NCBI GenBank assembly: GCA_965205605.1
Contig: CBDBHE010000007.1
Location: 192,001 to 256,000, forward strand
Source of the DNA: Spirochaetota bacterium
GTDB taxonomy: Bacteria; Spirochaetota; UBA12135; COTS27; CBDBHE01
Direction: 5' to 3'
Length of the DNA: 64,000 nucleotides
The notes beneath the pieces were generated by a model. It did not search any database. It was not told where the DNA came from and saw nothing but the letters and a program-made list of their open reading frames with translations. Below, piece by piece: positions 1-9,465 of this stretch. Position 1 is the first letter of the stretch. Each line of letters opens with the position of its first letter. The translations under genes were made by a program, and so were the position numbers.

Positions 1-274
1 TTTCCTTGTCTTTTTTAAGATCAGAATAAATTTCTGAAATTTCTTTTAAATCATTTTCTTCAAAATTAAAAGAATCAAGCGTTTGGGATATAAGTTCCTT
101 ATGATAGCCATCAATTATCTTCTTAGCTTTTTTGTATTTTTTTGCAATATCTTCATCTTTAATTAAACAATTTTTCTCATTGATGTTCTTTAAAGTTTCT
201 TTACAAGGCTTTAATCTAAAACGAATTGTTTTTGATACTGAATATTGATTGGTAAATCTTTCAAAACTTGACAT
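1..274 (-). CDS. cas12a: Type V-A CRISPR effector Cas12a (Cpf1), 5' end only; runs off the left edge
   Basis: Not in the ORF track. Manual translation from ATG at 274 gives MSSFERFTNQYSVSKTIRFRLKPCKETLKNINEKNCLIKDEDIAKKYKKAKKIIDGYHKELISQTL..., open for 91 codons to the edge. This matches the Cas12a N-terminal pattern F(T/V)NxYSLSKTLRF...DExRAxDYKKAKxIIDxYH. An AAAGGA SD lies upstream. Confidence 0.88.
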   Translation of the reverse strand, partial: MSSFERFTNQYSVSKTIRFRLKPCKETLKNINEKNCLIKDEDIAKKYKKAKKIIDGYHKELISQTLDSFNFEENDLKEISEIYSDLKKDKE

Positions 275-736
275 TTTATTGTTATCCTTTTAAAAAGTTA
301 AATTAATGCCTAAAAACATTTTTAGTCATTTTCTGCTTATTTCAAAAATAAAAATCAGTTTAAAAACAAAACTAGATTAGTATTTTCTTGTATCATTTTT
401 TTCTCCTTAAAACTTTTTTAGTGCTTTCTAAATAAAGAATTTGACAAAATATATTCCTTTAATATGTATTAAAAAGCAATAGAAAAAATGAATGTTTTTC
501 TAGCTGAGTGCATGATAAAAAGAAATATCTTCAATAGAACTAGGTAAAAGAAGTAGTTTAAATAACTTAAAAATATTTGTTATTTTAAGGGTGCCAAGGA
601 CTTGAAAAGAGACATAGCATTCATATTGTTGCGAAAATTTTCTGTATCTTCTGTGTCAAAAACTTAAATATTAATGAAATTTGGAAAAGTAAAGAATACT
701 TATTTTTTCAATTTAACGGATTAAACAAGGCTTTTA

Positions 737-1192
737 TTAAAAAAGCCGATGTTTAAAAGACGGCTTTAAATACTTTAGAAGTATTAGGGATACGTTACCA
801 AATTTCTTTTTTTTGTCTTCATCTACATTATTTTTAAAGTCAGGTAATGCTTTATTATCTCTATTTAGTAACTTTTCTTTACCCATTCTGTAAAAGAACC
901 TGATTCCTTTTTGTAAAAATTGATGAGAGGTATACCAACTTCTTAATCTAGTCGCTTGACCTTCATTATTTGTGTGAATGTTTTGTGATAAAGCCGTTTT
1001 TTGTTAATTCGATAACATCACACTTGATTTGATCTGACTTACTGTTATCAAGTGAGCTTAAGAATAAATACAATTTTCTATAATTTGAAATATTTCCAAA
1101 ATTCCCATATTTTATAAGCTCTGAATCTTTACCAAATTCTTTTATAAAGTAGGTCATTTTTAGCGTGAAATTGATTGGATAGTGGAAACCAT
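737..1192 (-). pseudogene. Phage antirepressor-like (KilAC/ANT C-terminal) pseudogene
   Basis: ORF 966..1157 continues after a frameshift as TNNEGQATRLRSWYTSHQFLQKGIRFFYRMG, which resembles the ANT-domain end (T-QKG--FI/Y). An SD and ATG at 1192 are followed by an early stop. Confidence 0.4.
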
Positions 1193-1199
1193 GCCTTTC

Positions 1200-2392
1200 C
1201 TTTATTTTTTGTTAAAAATTTTTTCCACAACGGTTTATAAAACTTGATTATATATCCCTTTACTCTCTCTCCAGTGATTCCTTTTAATGATAATTGACTT
1301 TACGGGTATCTTTTTATTGTCATGGTAAATAATTTCAAGTTTTATTGGTTTTGTTAATAAGCCTTCTGTCATATTTAGTAGCAATACTTTTTTCTTTATT
1401 TTCTTCGTCTAGCCCACTGATTAATCGATAAATTTCTTTTTTTTAAATATTGATTAAATAGCTCAGCATTTGCAACATCAAAAAGGTATTTTATCTGTGT
1501 TTTTGAGTATGGTTTCTCTAAATTTTTTTTTCAAACTTGATGTTCTTCCCAATAATCAAACCCTGTTTTTTGACTTAAGGGTTTTTCATTGACTTCGTTA
1601 TAATTTTTAGAACTTTTTTTTTGATTTACTTGAGTAAAATCATCACTAAGAATTTCTTACCTTCATTTTTCTTTTGTATCGATTGGATACCTAGTAAAAT
1701 CCTTTGAAAATTATTAACGTGATCGAGGATGTAAATCCTTTTAAAAAGAGAATCATGATGGTCTATTTTTTTCTTGTCATCCTCAGAAACTTCTTTTGTT
1801 AAAACACTTGAATACATCTTTTTAGCTAGGAACTCCTTAAGCCGTTCATCTAACGAATAGATAATCGCAATCGTGTCATCGTTTGCCCCTAAGATGACTT
1901 GATAAAACCTGTCGTGAACATCGTTTTACCACTTGAAGCGTTCCCTTCGATTGGTAATAAGTCCCATGGTGAGATAGTCTTTAAAGTGACGATAAGGTTC
2001 TTTGATTTTGATTTATTTTTCAAACTTCAAAACCGCTTTTTTTAGTTTTATGATTAGTTTAGGGGTGTCTTTTTCAATTAAAGCTTTTTTTAAGATATCT
2101 AACTTAGAAAACAATGTCCAGTTGGCCATAAGGGGTTAATTTCTTCTTGACTCATCCCAAGATTTTTTAATTTGTTAATGATTTTAGCTTTACTTAAAGG
2201 CTCTTCTTTAAAGGGGGGTTTTTCGTCGCCTCTATTTTTTTGAGTCAATGTTAAAGCTTCTTCTAGCATCGTCTTTTCAATTTTGGAAACATTAGAGAGG
2301 AGGAAATCTTTATCTATTTTTCTTATTTCATAAACTAGAGATAGCTTCTCTCCAATTTCATTTATTTTATCTAATTTTTCTTCTTGATTCAT
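1200..2392 (-). pseudogene. Decayed ORF(s) of unknown, probably phage, origin
   Basis: A protein-like frame runs from about 2100 through ORF 1626..1817, interrupted by isolated stops (...AVLKFEK*IKIKEPYRHFKDYLTMG...RFKW*NDVHDRFYQ...). Confidence 0.4.
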
Positions 2393-2417
2393 TTATAAAA
2401 ATCTCTTTTTTAATTTA

Positions 2418-2720
2418 TTAAGAAAACCGATCGACTTTTGTTTGATCTCTTAAACCTAAAATATTTTTAAGAAACCCTTCTTTTTTTTTAGAAACCATAG
2501 CACTAGATTTTACGTTTTTTTTCTTTTGTGGACTTACTTTTTTAAGCATAAAATCATTTATTAGAAAGTTTACACTTTTCTTTCTTTTCATTGCTAATTT
2601 CTTAAACTTTTCAAATGTTTCATTATTTACCAAAAGGCTAATTTTTTTTTCTAACTTTCCAATACGTTTATTGATTGGACGCCCCATTTTCTTTTCTATT
2701 TTTGTTTTCATTGTTTTCAT
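2418..2720 (-). CDS. Putative ribbon-helix-helix (CopG/Arc-like) DNA-binding protein
   Basis: MGRP motif, then a beta strand (KISLLVN) and two helices (NETFEKFKKLAMKRKKSVNFLINDFM). It abuts the upstream DUF1640-like gene. Confidence 0.55.
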   Translation of the reverse strand: MKTMKTKIEKKMGRPINKRIGKLEKKISLLVNNETFEKFKKLAMKRKKSVNFLINDFMLKKVSPQKKKNVKSSAMVSKKKEGFLKNILGLRDQTKVDRFS

Positions 2721-3098
2721 CTAATTAAAAAAAGCGACTTTCACCAGCAAACTTAATATCAAAAACAAAACAGCGATAACCCATTTGTTAGAGGTCTTTA
2801 AAACGGTGATATCATTTTTCACTTCGCTTATCTCTTCTCTTAAAGCATTTTTCACTTCGCTTACCTCTTCTCTTAAAGCATTTTTCACTTCGCCTATCTC
2901 TTCTCTTAAAGCACTTTTCACTTCGCTTATCTCTTCTCTTAAAGCACTTTTCACTTCGCTTACCTCTTCTCTTAAGAACCCTATGTCTTCTTTAGTAACA
3001 AGACCACTTTTGCCATTAATCGCTTCTGCTAGCTTGATAGCTTTTTTATTACTAAAGCCTTGCTCTTCTAATATTTCTACAATTTCCAATGTATCCAT
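2721..3098 (-). CDS. DUF1640/CCDC90 (Bdr-like) membrane-anchored coiled-coil protein, copy 1
   Basis: Head LEEQGFSNKKA..LAEAI, neck LVTKEDI, 11-aa repeats (LREEISEVKSA) and a C-terminal TM helix. Confidence 0.75.
   Translation of the reverse strand: MDTLEIVEILEEQGFSNKKAIKLAEAINGKSGLVTKEDIGFLREEVSEVKSALREEISEVKSALREEIGEVKNALREEVSEVKNALREEISEVKNDITVLKTSNKWVIAVLFLILSLLVKVAFFN
2813..2975. repeat. In-frame 33-bp tandem repeat, about 5 copies
   Basis: Unit ca(t/c)ttttcacttcgc(t/c)ta(t/c)ctcttctcttaaag at 2813, 2846, 2879, 2912 and 2945 (last copy partial). Confidence 0.95.
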
Positions 3099-3112
3099 CT
3101 TTCTTCCTTTTT

Positions 3113-3155
3113 TTTTATCTATATAAAAGTATATATTTATATAGATAAAAGTAAA
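3113..3155 (-). promoter_or_regulatory. Sigma70-like promoter overlapped by a perfect 15-bp inverted-repeat operator (copy 1)
   Basis: TTTTATCTATATAAA-N8-TTTATATAGATAAAA. The minus strand reads TTTACT-16-TATACT, with the -10 box between the arms. Confidence 0.7.
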
Positions 3156-3430
3156 CTACTTTTTTTATTTTAATTTTTATTCTTTTTACCCATTCTCAAA
3201 TCTCTTTACATAAATCATTCAAATACGGCTCTTTTCTATTAAAACGATTTAAAAAAATTCTTCACTATAAAACGCCTCTATGCACTTAAAAACAATCTAT
3301 TTTAAGCTCCTAAATTAAAATCAAATGATACCATATTATCTTTAGAATGCTGTTTATAAGAATTGCTTCTTTTATTTAAACTCTTCGTATTCTTTAATAT
3401 TTAGTTGTAAATAATGTTTTTTCTTAGTCT

Positions 3431-3906
3431 TTATTTCTTTCTTTTAACCCGACATCTCCCATAAAGAAGCAAGTGTCTCATCTTTTTTACAACCTTTAAA
3501 AAACCCGCCAAACTATCGGGTGCATCATCGTGCTTAATCGTTTCTCGATATTCTTTTATTTGATTCATATACGTGATGTCTGTATTTCTATCAAAATAAA
3601 TCTTACCCCTGTCTTTATACACATTGGATATAATCCGATTATGCTTATTTCCTACTGCCCTATCCTTCTTCATCGTTGGATATGATTTTGCCATTTGCTC
3701 AAACATTATCCCTTGATCCCCGTTTGTTTCAATAGATAAAGAACCACATTTAAAGGAGTTGGCAATTTGTATAATCGTGTCTTCTAAATCAACAAAAGGT
3801 TTGCCCCTCCTCTAGCACCTCCATAAATGGTGATATCCGATGATGATTTAATAAACTCTAATTACTTACCTTCGTGGGCGGTTTCAACGATTTCAAGAGT
3901 TTTCAT
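3431..3906 (-). pseudogene. Phage terminase large subunit, internally deleted pseudogene
   Basis: N-terminus MKTLEIVETAHEGK*LEFIKSSSDITIYGGARGG(fs)GK shows a Q-motif turned stop and a Walker A with a 1-nt deletion. It joins directly to an RNase H-like C-terminus (SIETNGDQG...KHDDAPDSLAG). Confidence 0.7.
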
Positions 3907-3930
3907 TTTTTTTCTCTTTCCCTTTCCTAT

Positions 3931-4008
3931 TTACCTAACAATGTATTTTGTGGTCTCTTCACCAAATCCAACCGATGACTTCGACTTTCCATAGACTCGA
4001 TCAATGAG
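3931..4008 (-). pseudogene. Terminase small subunit C-terminal fragment
   Basis: LIDRVYGKSKSSVGFGEETTKYIVR* (LDRxxGK motif) lies immediately upstream of the terL remnant. Confidence 0.45.
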
Positions 4009-4094
4009 TCATAAAACACTTGATAGAAAAAACTAAAAAGTTGTTATTTTGTTACTATAGTAGCAAAGCTTTGTTAGATTACCCATAAGATATT

Positions 4095-6140
4095 TTACAA
4101 CTTACCAACAGAAAACTCGACAATGATTTTGGTGTTAGTAACGTCTAATAAATGAATGGCAATTTTTTTGTAGTCAACGTTAGATCTCTCTTTTGGATGA
4201 GTGGGTGGAGAAGTCGACAATTTAATGGCATCCATCAAAGTAAAGCGAGCTTCACTAGGGGCGATTAACTTTAAGGTGAGGTGTTTGCCATTTTTCTCTA
4301 AAGTAATAGTTCGTTTTGATGCGTCAAATTGTACCTTTGTGCTACTTAAAATGTGAGCAAACCACCACACTTCTTTTGAAGGGGTTGTGTCCGAAAGCTT
4401 GATATTGTCAGTTAAAATAAGCTTTTTTCTTTGTGGCAAAGTAAAAGTTCGGTGAACTTTTACAGCATCTTTGTGAGCATAAGTAGGGGTTAAATCCAAG
4501 GCAGCAGTAGGGGAAGTCTCGGCTACAAACCCTTTTTGTGAATTTTGCTTTTTGGGAATATCTGCTTGCCATTTAATAAATTTAGCAACGCTTTTAACTT
4601 TTTGCTCACCTGCAAGAGAAGGGCCTATTATTAAAGTGTTGTTACCTTCTGCACGATTACGGTAATACTTCCAACGTGGGCTTTTTTCTCTTTTGCCACT
4701 CCAAAAAGAAGGCAAGCTATAATTTTCTTGTGGTAGCATGGTGATCCATCGCTCGCCTAAGGCATCCAGCACAAAACTACCCACATCCATCGTGCCGTGT
4801 GCCACTCTAGGGGTACCTCCTTTAAAAGCTACAAAAAATGCATTGGATGTCCAGTCACTTCTAAACGAAGCCACTTCTACGCGTGCATATTTTTTATCTC
4901 TACTTAAAAGAGAAGGGTTAAAATAAGATCCAGGCATCGAATATTCTTTAGGTAACCAAAATAAATGAAGTGCTTCGTGTCGATTGATTTCTATTCTGTT
5001 TTCTCCATAAGCTTCAATCAAGTCGCTCGAGTAGTGTGCTTTGTAAAAAAGGGTAGGATTTTTATACTTATCTGCCATCCACCACAAAATAGGATGGTTT
5101 TTATAAATAGGCCTACAATCAGAGTAGTTAAATATAAGGGAAGAGGGGCCCTCCATGTAAAGTGGGTACAACACCGAACGCTGAAACCCTTCAAAAGCAA
5201 AATCCAAGCCAAAATTGCTATTGAGTGCTGTCTGCAAGCTTGCTAACATTAAAATGTTGTAGCCCATACTATAATACCAATAAATAGGGCCTTCTTCACT
5301 AGCACCTTCGGGGTCAAACTTCTCCATGGCTTTACCGATGGTTAAAACACTATCTCGCACAGCAGAGTATGCCTCTTTTGTATAAGCTTCACTTACATCG
5401 CCAATGGCCAGTGCTGCCATCACCAGACCGCCATTACACACTGGGTTCCAATTGTTACTTCGACGATAAAATCCTCTTAATTTTTTTTTCTCAACATTAG
5501 AGTAGCGTTTCATCAGTGCTTTGTTAAATAAGGCAGCTTCTATTTGCTTTTTTTGTGCTTCACTCCATTTGCTATACAGCCAATCATAAGCAATCGCCAC
5601 AGCAGAGGCCATTTCGGCTGTAGAAAGAAATAATCTATCATACCAATGCGGATAAGCACACACAGCTTCTACTTCAAGAGCCAAACGATTAAAGTATTTT
5701 TCATCTTCGGTTAGTAAGTACAACACAGAAAGAGTGTTAAGTCGCCATGAAATGTAGCGTGTCTCTAAAAGAAAAAATTTTTCTGCTTTGTCAATCACAT
5801 AAGGAGTTGTCGGCATAATATACTTGTCCGCTTTGGTGCGTAATTTCACAAAGGTGTCTCTAAGTAAGCCTTTTTGCTTTATGTTTTCTCTAGCAGTTTT
5901 TAATTGATTCTCATCGATTAAAAGACGAGGATGCGATTTTTTTATTTGACGCAAAAAGGCAGAAGAAGTGGCTGGAAATTGCTTGTTTACTTTTTTCTTA
6001 ACCCACGATAGCTTTTTTTTTTTAGACCAATTAACTGAAGCCGTATCCTTAGTACAGCTCACCAATAAAAAAAATAGCATCAAAACAATGCCGACTACAT
6101 AACTTATTTGTTTACTGTGGTAAAAATATTTTTTTATCAT
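4095..6140 (-). CDS. Heparinase II/III-family polysaccharide lyase, lipoprotein
   Basis: Lipobox LLVSC; NNWNPVCNGG; EGPIYWYY; FNYSD; HxxxDxGSFVLDALGERW; YRNRAEGNNTL. Confidence 0.8.
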   Translation of the reverse strand: MIKKYFYHSKQISYVVGIVLMLFFLLVSCTKDTASVNWSKKKKLSWVKKKVNKQFPATSSAFLRQIKKSHPRLLIDENQLKTARENIKQKGLLRDTFVKLRTKADKYIMPTTPYVIDKAEKFFLLETRYISWRLNTLSVLYLLTEDEKYFNRLALEVEAVCAYPHWYDRLFLSTAEMASAVAIAYDWLYSKWSEAQKKQIEAALFNKALMKRYSNVEKKKLRGFYRRSNNWNPVCNGGLVMAALAIGDVSEAYTKEAYSAVRDSVLTIGKAMEKFDPEGASEEGPIYWYYSMGYNILMLASLQTALNSNFGLDFAFEGFQRSVLYPLYMEGPSSLIFNYSDCRPIYKNHPILWWMADKYKNPTLFYKAHYSSDLIEAYGENRIEINRHEALHLFWLPKEYSMPGSYFNPSLLSRDKKYARVEVASFRSDWTSNAFFVAFKGGTPRVAHGTMDVGSFVLDALGERWITMLPQENYSLPSFWSGKREKSPRWKYYRNRAEGNNTLIIGPSLAGEQKVKSVAKFIKWQADIPKKQNSQKGFVAETSPTAALDLTPTYAHKDAVKVHRTFTLPQRKKLILTDNIKLSDTTPSKEVWWFAHILSSTKVQFDASKRTITLEKNGKHLTLKLIAPSEARFTLMDAIKLSTSPPTHPKERSNVDYKKIAIHLLDVTNTKIIVEFSVGKL

Positions 6141-6666
6141 GACACGACCTTTTTTTCCTTTAAATTCTTTGCTCCCATTAAAAGCTATCTAATAAAGCTA
6201 TCTAATCGGCTTGCCTCCCTGTTTGTTCAAACATAAGCATCGTTGGTCTTAGATTAGATGGCTTGCAGTTCCTCTAAAATGACGTTGATTTACTTACAAA
6301 TAAGTTCATTTTCGTCCCAATTCTAACAGTAGTATACACTTTTTTTATATTTTTTTCTTAAATTAATAAATTTTTTAGTTTGGTTTTTAAGGGAATAATT
6401 TCTAAATTATTATTATTTCGTTTTATTCTTTGTATTTCTACTATAATGAAGCAAGACAAAGCGGTTTGAAATAAACATAATTTAAATAAATCGACATAAT
6501 AGCTAGCGTGTATAAGAATTAGAAAATGATTTATTTTAATAAGCTAACGGATGTAATGTTTTTAAATCAAAGTAAAGGATATAGAGAAAAAAATTAGTAA
6601 CAATGATTCTCTCGATTGGCTGTAAGATTTTTTTTTAATTTAGCTTAAATCCAACGTCTAACCTTA

Positions 6667-9456
6667 ATGTCAGAGATTATCTCCAACCCTATTTCCTTTC
6701 AAATTATTATTTGGTTATTTACGTGTATTCTATTAGTATTTTTAATGCAAGGGGGTTTTCTTTTATTAGAAACAGGATTAGTTCGCTCTAAAAACAGTAT
6801 TAACGTTGCTACCAAGAATACGGTCGACTTCGTCATTGCGATGTTGATTTTTTGGATAGTTGGCTATGGTCTCTTTGTAGGCGAAAGCTTTTATGGTTTC
6901 TTTGGTACGAGCTACTTTTTATTTAGAGAAGTAGATAATTATAAAATGGTTTTACATTTTATTTATCAAAGCACTTTTTGTGCCACAGCAGTCACCATTG
7001 TTTCGGGAGCTTTGGCGGAAAGAATCTATTCTAATGCTTATATTAAAATAATATTTTTACTTACAATCTTTGCATATCCGGTGATGGCTCACTGGGTTTG
7101 GAATGAGGCAGGATGGCTTTATCTATTGGGATTTAAAGATTATGCAGGCTCGACTGTGGTGCATAGTGTTGGAGGTTGGGCATCTTTAATTTTCTTAATG
7201 CAGATAGGTTATAGAAAAGGCCGATTCGACAACCGACAATCAAAATTACAAGCGTCTAACATTCCTCTGGCATGTTTTGGCTGTTTTATCTTGTGGGTAG
7301 GATGGTTTGGTTTTAACGGTGGTGGTGCTAGTGATAATTTTAAAAACATTCCTTTGATTTTATTCAATACACATTTATCGGGAATTTTAGGGGGGGCAGG
7401 TGCATTAGCTATCTACATGTTACGCTATCGACATGTCGACCCTATTTCACTCATTATAGGAACTTTGTCAGGTTTAGTAGCCGTTACGGCTAGTTGTAAT
7501 TTAATGGACCCCTACAATGCGGCTATGATTAGTTTTATTTCTGGTGCTCTGTCTATGTTGGGAGTTTGGTTTTTTGAAAAATGTAAAATAGATGATCCTG
7601 TATCGGCAATAGCGGTTCACTTAATTGGAGGGGTTTGGGGAACTCTTGCCTTAGCCTTGTTTGGAGATACCGCTTTATTTCCAAATGATAATTCTCGCCT
7701 GTTACAACTAGGAATACAAGCCATAGGTGTTGGAGCGTGTGGCTTATTTACCATTATTATTTCCTACATTGGCTACAAAATATTTAATTTCTTTACCCCC
7801 ATGCGTGTAACAGAACAAGAAGAGGACACAGGTTTAAATATTACAGAACATAAAGTTTCTACAGAAATCTACGACTTTTATCGCGTGTTAAACCAACAAG
7901 CCGAAGAACAAGAAAATCATGTCGTCTATACAGAAATAGGAGCGCTCGCTAAAAATTATAAAAATAGACTAGAAAGAGATCTCAACGAAAAAACACAATC
8001 ACTACGTAATTTTTTACAATTAACCCAACAAGGATTTTTGTCCTTTGGCAACGATTTTAGTATCGACATTGGATACTCTGAAGAATGTAAAAAGATTTTT
8101 GAAATAGGAGAATTAGAAGGCATGCATTTTGGAAAACTTCTTTATTCCAACAATCAACTGAAAAAGAAAGACTGGATAAATAGCTTAAACTTATTTTTTC
8201 ATAGCAATAAAAAATCTAAAATTATTTTTAAATTACTAGACGATACGCTTCTTTGGGAAAAGGATACTCCCCAACAAAAAGAATTGCAACTTCAATACAA
8301 AGAAATCAGCGAAAAAAAAGTCTTATGTATCATCACTGATCTTACTGCTAAGAAAAAACTCGAAAAACAAGTACAATCTTCTACCGACTATCAAAAAAAA
8401 TTATTGAAAGTGGTTTGTAATAATCGATTTTTTGGTCAATTTTTTGACAACGCAAAAGATTTATTGCTTTTTTATAAAAAAAGTATCCAAGATGAGCAAT
8501 TTTTAGCCCAACCGAAAAACCTTTCTAACCTTTATTTACGCACTCACGATTTAAAAGCTAATATGGGATTTTTTGGTTTTGATAATAGCCTGCTTCAACT
8601 CCATGACATGGAAAGCATTGTACTTAATGTGATAGAAAAAAAAAGCCCTCTCAATAAACGCGTGTTTAATCAACAAGCAAAAAATATTGAAGCAACTTTC
8701 AACAAAGAAATGAATTTCTTTAAAAACTCTCTAGGCGAAGAGTGGTTTGAAAATTTTGACTCCTTAATCATTTCTACAGAAAATGTAAAAGCGTTACAAA
8801 AGCTAGTAAAAGATGCTTACCCTAAAGATAAAAAACTTTTTCAAAAAATATCTTTTCTCAAAATTAAACCTTTTATAAAACTGGTTAGTTCCCTGAAACA
8901 ACTAGCTCTGGACGTAGCCTATCAATTAGATAAAAAAATCAAACCTCTTTCTGTGAAAATCTCAAAGGATTTAGTCGTGTCAAATGAAATCGCTAAACCA
9001 TTGTTGCGTATTTTCCCTCATATTATTCGAAACATGGTAGATCACGGGATCGAAAAACCTGAAAATCGAATAGAATTGAGAAAAGAAATGCACGGACAGC
9101 TTACTTTTTCCGCCGAAGAACAAACTCTAGTAAACAACAATGAAAGCAGATCTTATTACTTATTTACCTTTTCAGATGATGGGAGAGGCATTGATTTAGA
9201 AAAAATCAAAGAACTTTCTATTAAACGTGGATTACTAAAAGAAAATAACAATCCACCTGATCCCAAAGTGCTAATCTCTCATATTTTTAATGAACGATTT
9301 TCTACCAAAGAAAAAGAAACCACCATCTCCGGTAGAGGAGTTGGACTCTCTAGCTTAAAAAAAGAAGTCTATAATCTACAAGGGAAAATTAGCATCAAAA
9401 CTAAACTTGGTCATGGGACTACTCTTTTTATTAAAATACCTCAACTCATTTTTTAG
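6667..9456 (+). CDS. Ammonium transporter (Amt) fused to a PAS-like linker, an HPt domain and a CheA-type HATPase
   Basis: Amt motifs: MQGGFLLLETG, SGALAER, DYAGSTVVH, GWFGFNG, DDPVSAIAVH. HPt: THDLKAN. CheA-type boxes: HIIRNMVDHGIE, DDGRGID, FSTKE..ISGRGVGL. Confidence 0.9.
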   Translation: MSEIISNPISFQIIIWLFTCILLVFLMQGGFLLLETGLVRSKNSINVATKNTVDFVIAMLIFWIVGYGLFVGESFYGFFGTSYFLFREVDNYKMVLHFIYQSTFCATAVTIVSGALAERIYSNAYIKIIFLLTIFAYPVMAHWVWNEAGWLYLLGFKDYAGSTVVHSVGGWASLIFLMQIGYRKGRFDNRQSKLQASNIPLACFGCFILWVGWFGFNGGGASDNFKNIPLILFNTHLSGILGGAGALAIYMLRYRHVDPISLIIGTLSGLVAVTASCNLMDPYNAAMISFISGALSMLGVWFFEKCKIDDPVSAIAVHLIGGVWGTLALALFGDTALFPNDNSRLLQLGIQAIGVGACGLFTIIISYIGYKIFNFFTPMRVTEQEEDTGLNITEHKVSTEIYDFYRVLNQQAEEQENHVVYTEIGALAKNYKNRLERDLNEKTQSLRNFLQLTQQGFLSFGNDFSIDIGYSEECKKIFEIGELEGMHFGKLLYSNNQLKKKDWINSLNLFFHSNKKSKIIFKLLDDTLLWEKDTPQQKELQLQYKEISEKKVLCIITDLTAKKKLEKQVQSSTDYQKKLLKVVCNNRFFGQFFDNAKDLLLFYKKSIQDEQFLAQPKNLSNLYLRTHDLKANMGFFGFDNSLLQLHDMESIVLNVIEKKSPLNKRVFNQQAKNIEATFNKEMNFFKNSLGEEWFENFDSLIISTENVKALQKLVKDAYPKDKKLFQKISFLKIKPFIKLVSSLKQLALDVAYQLDKKIKPLSVKISKDLVVSNEIAKPLLRIFPHIIRNMVDHGIEKPENRIELRKEMHGQLTFSAEEQTLVNNNESRSYYLFTFSDDGRGIDLEKIKELSIKRGLLKENNNPPDPKVLISHIFNERFSTKEKETTISGRGVGLSSLKKEVYNLQGKISIKTKLGHGTTLFIKIPQLIF

Positions 9457-9465
9457 GAGAAAATA

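Noticed and set aside
383-407. 25-nt near match (1 mismatch, reverse strand) to the cheX RBS/start at about 9455-9479
   Set aside because: It is mostly SD, A-run and ATG in a very AT-rich genome, and the similarity ends after five codons.
821-845. ATCTACATTATTTTTAAAGT upstream of cas12a, resembling a reversed Cas12a repeat
   Set aside because: It lacks the TTTCTAC arm of the stem, is single copy, and lies in the reading frame of the antirepressor-like pseudogene (DFKNNVDE).
2813-2975. 33-bp repeats as a possible CRISPR array
   Set aside because: There are no spacers; the units are contiguous and encode in-frame 11-aa coiled-coil repeats.
2785-3126. Plus-strand ORFs 2785..3126 and 10411..10782
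   Set aside because: They are antisense shadows of the repeat-rich DUF1640-like genes.
3862-3906. MKTLEIVET as a third copy of the MDTLEIVEI head
   Set aside because: The frame continues past the stop into a terminase Walker A, and no operator lies upstream.
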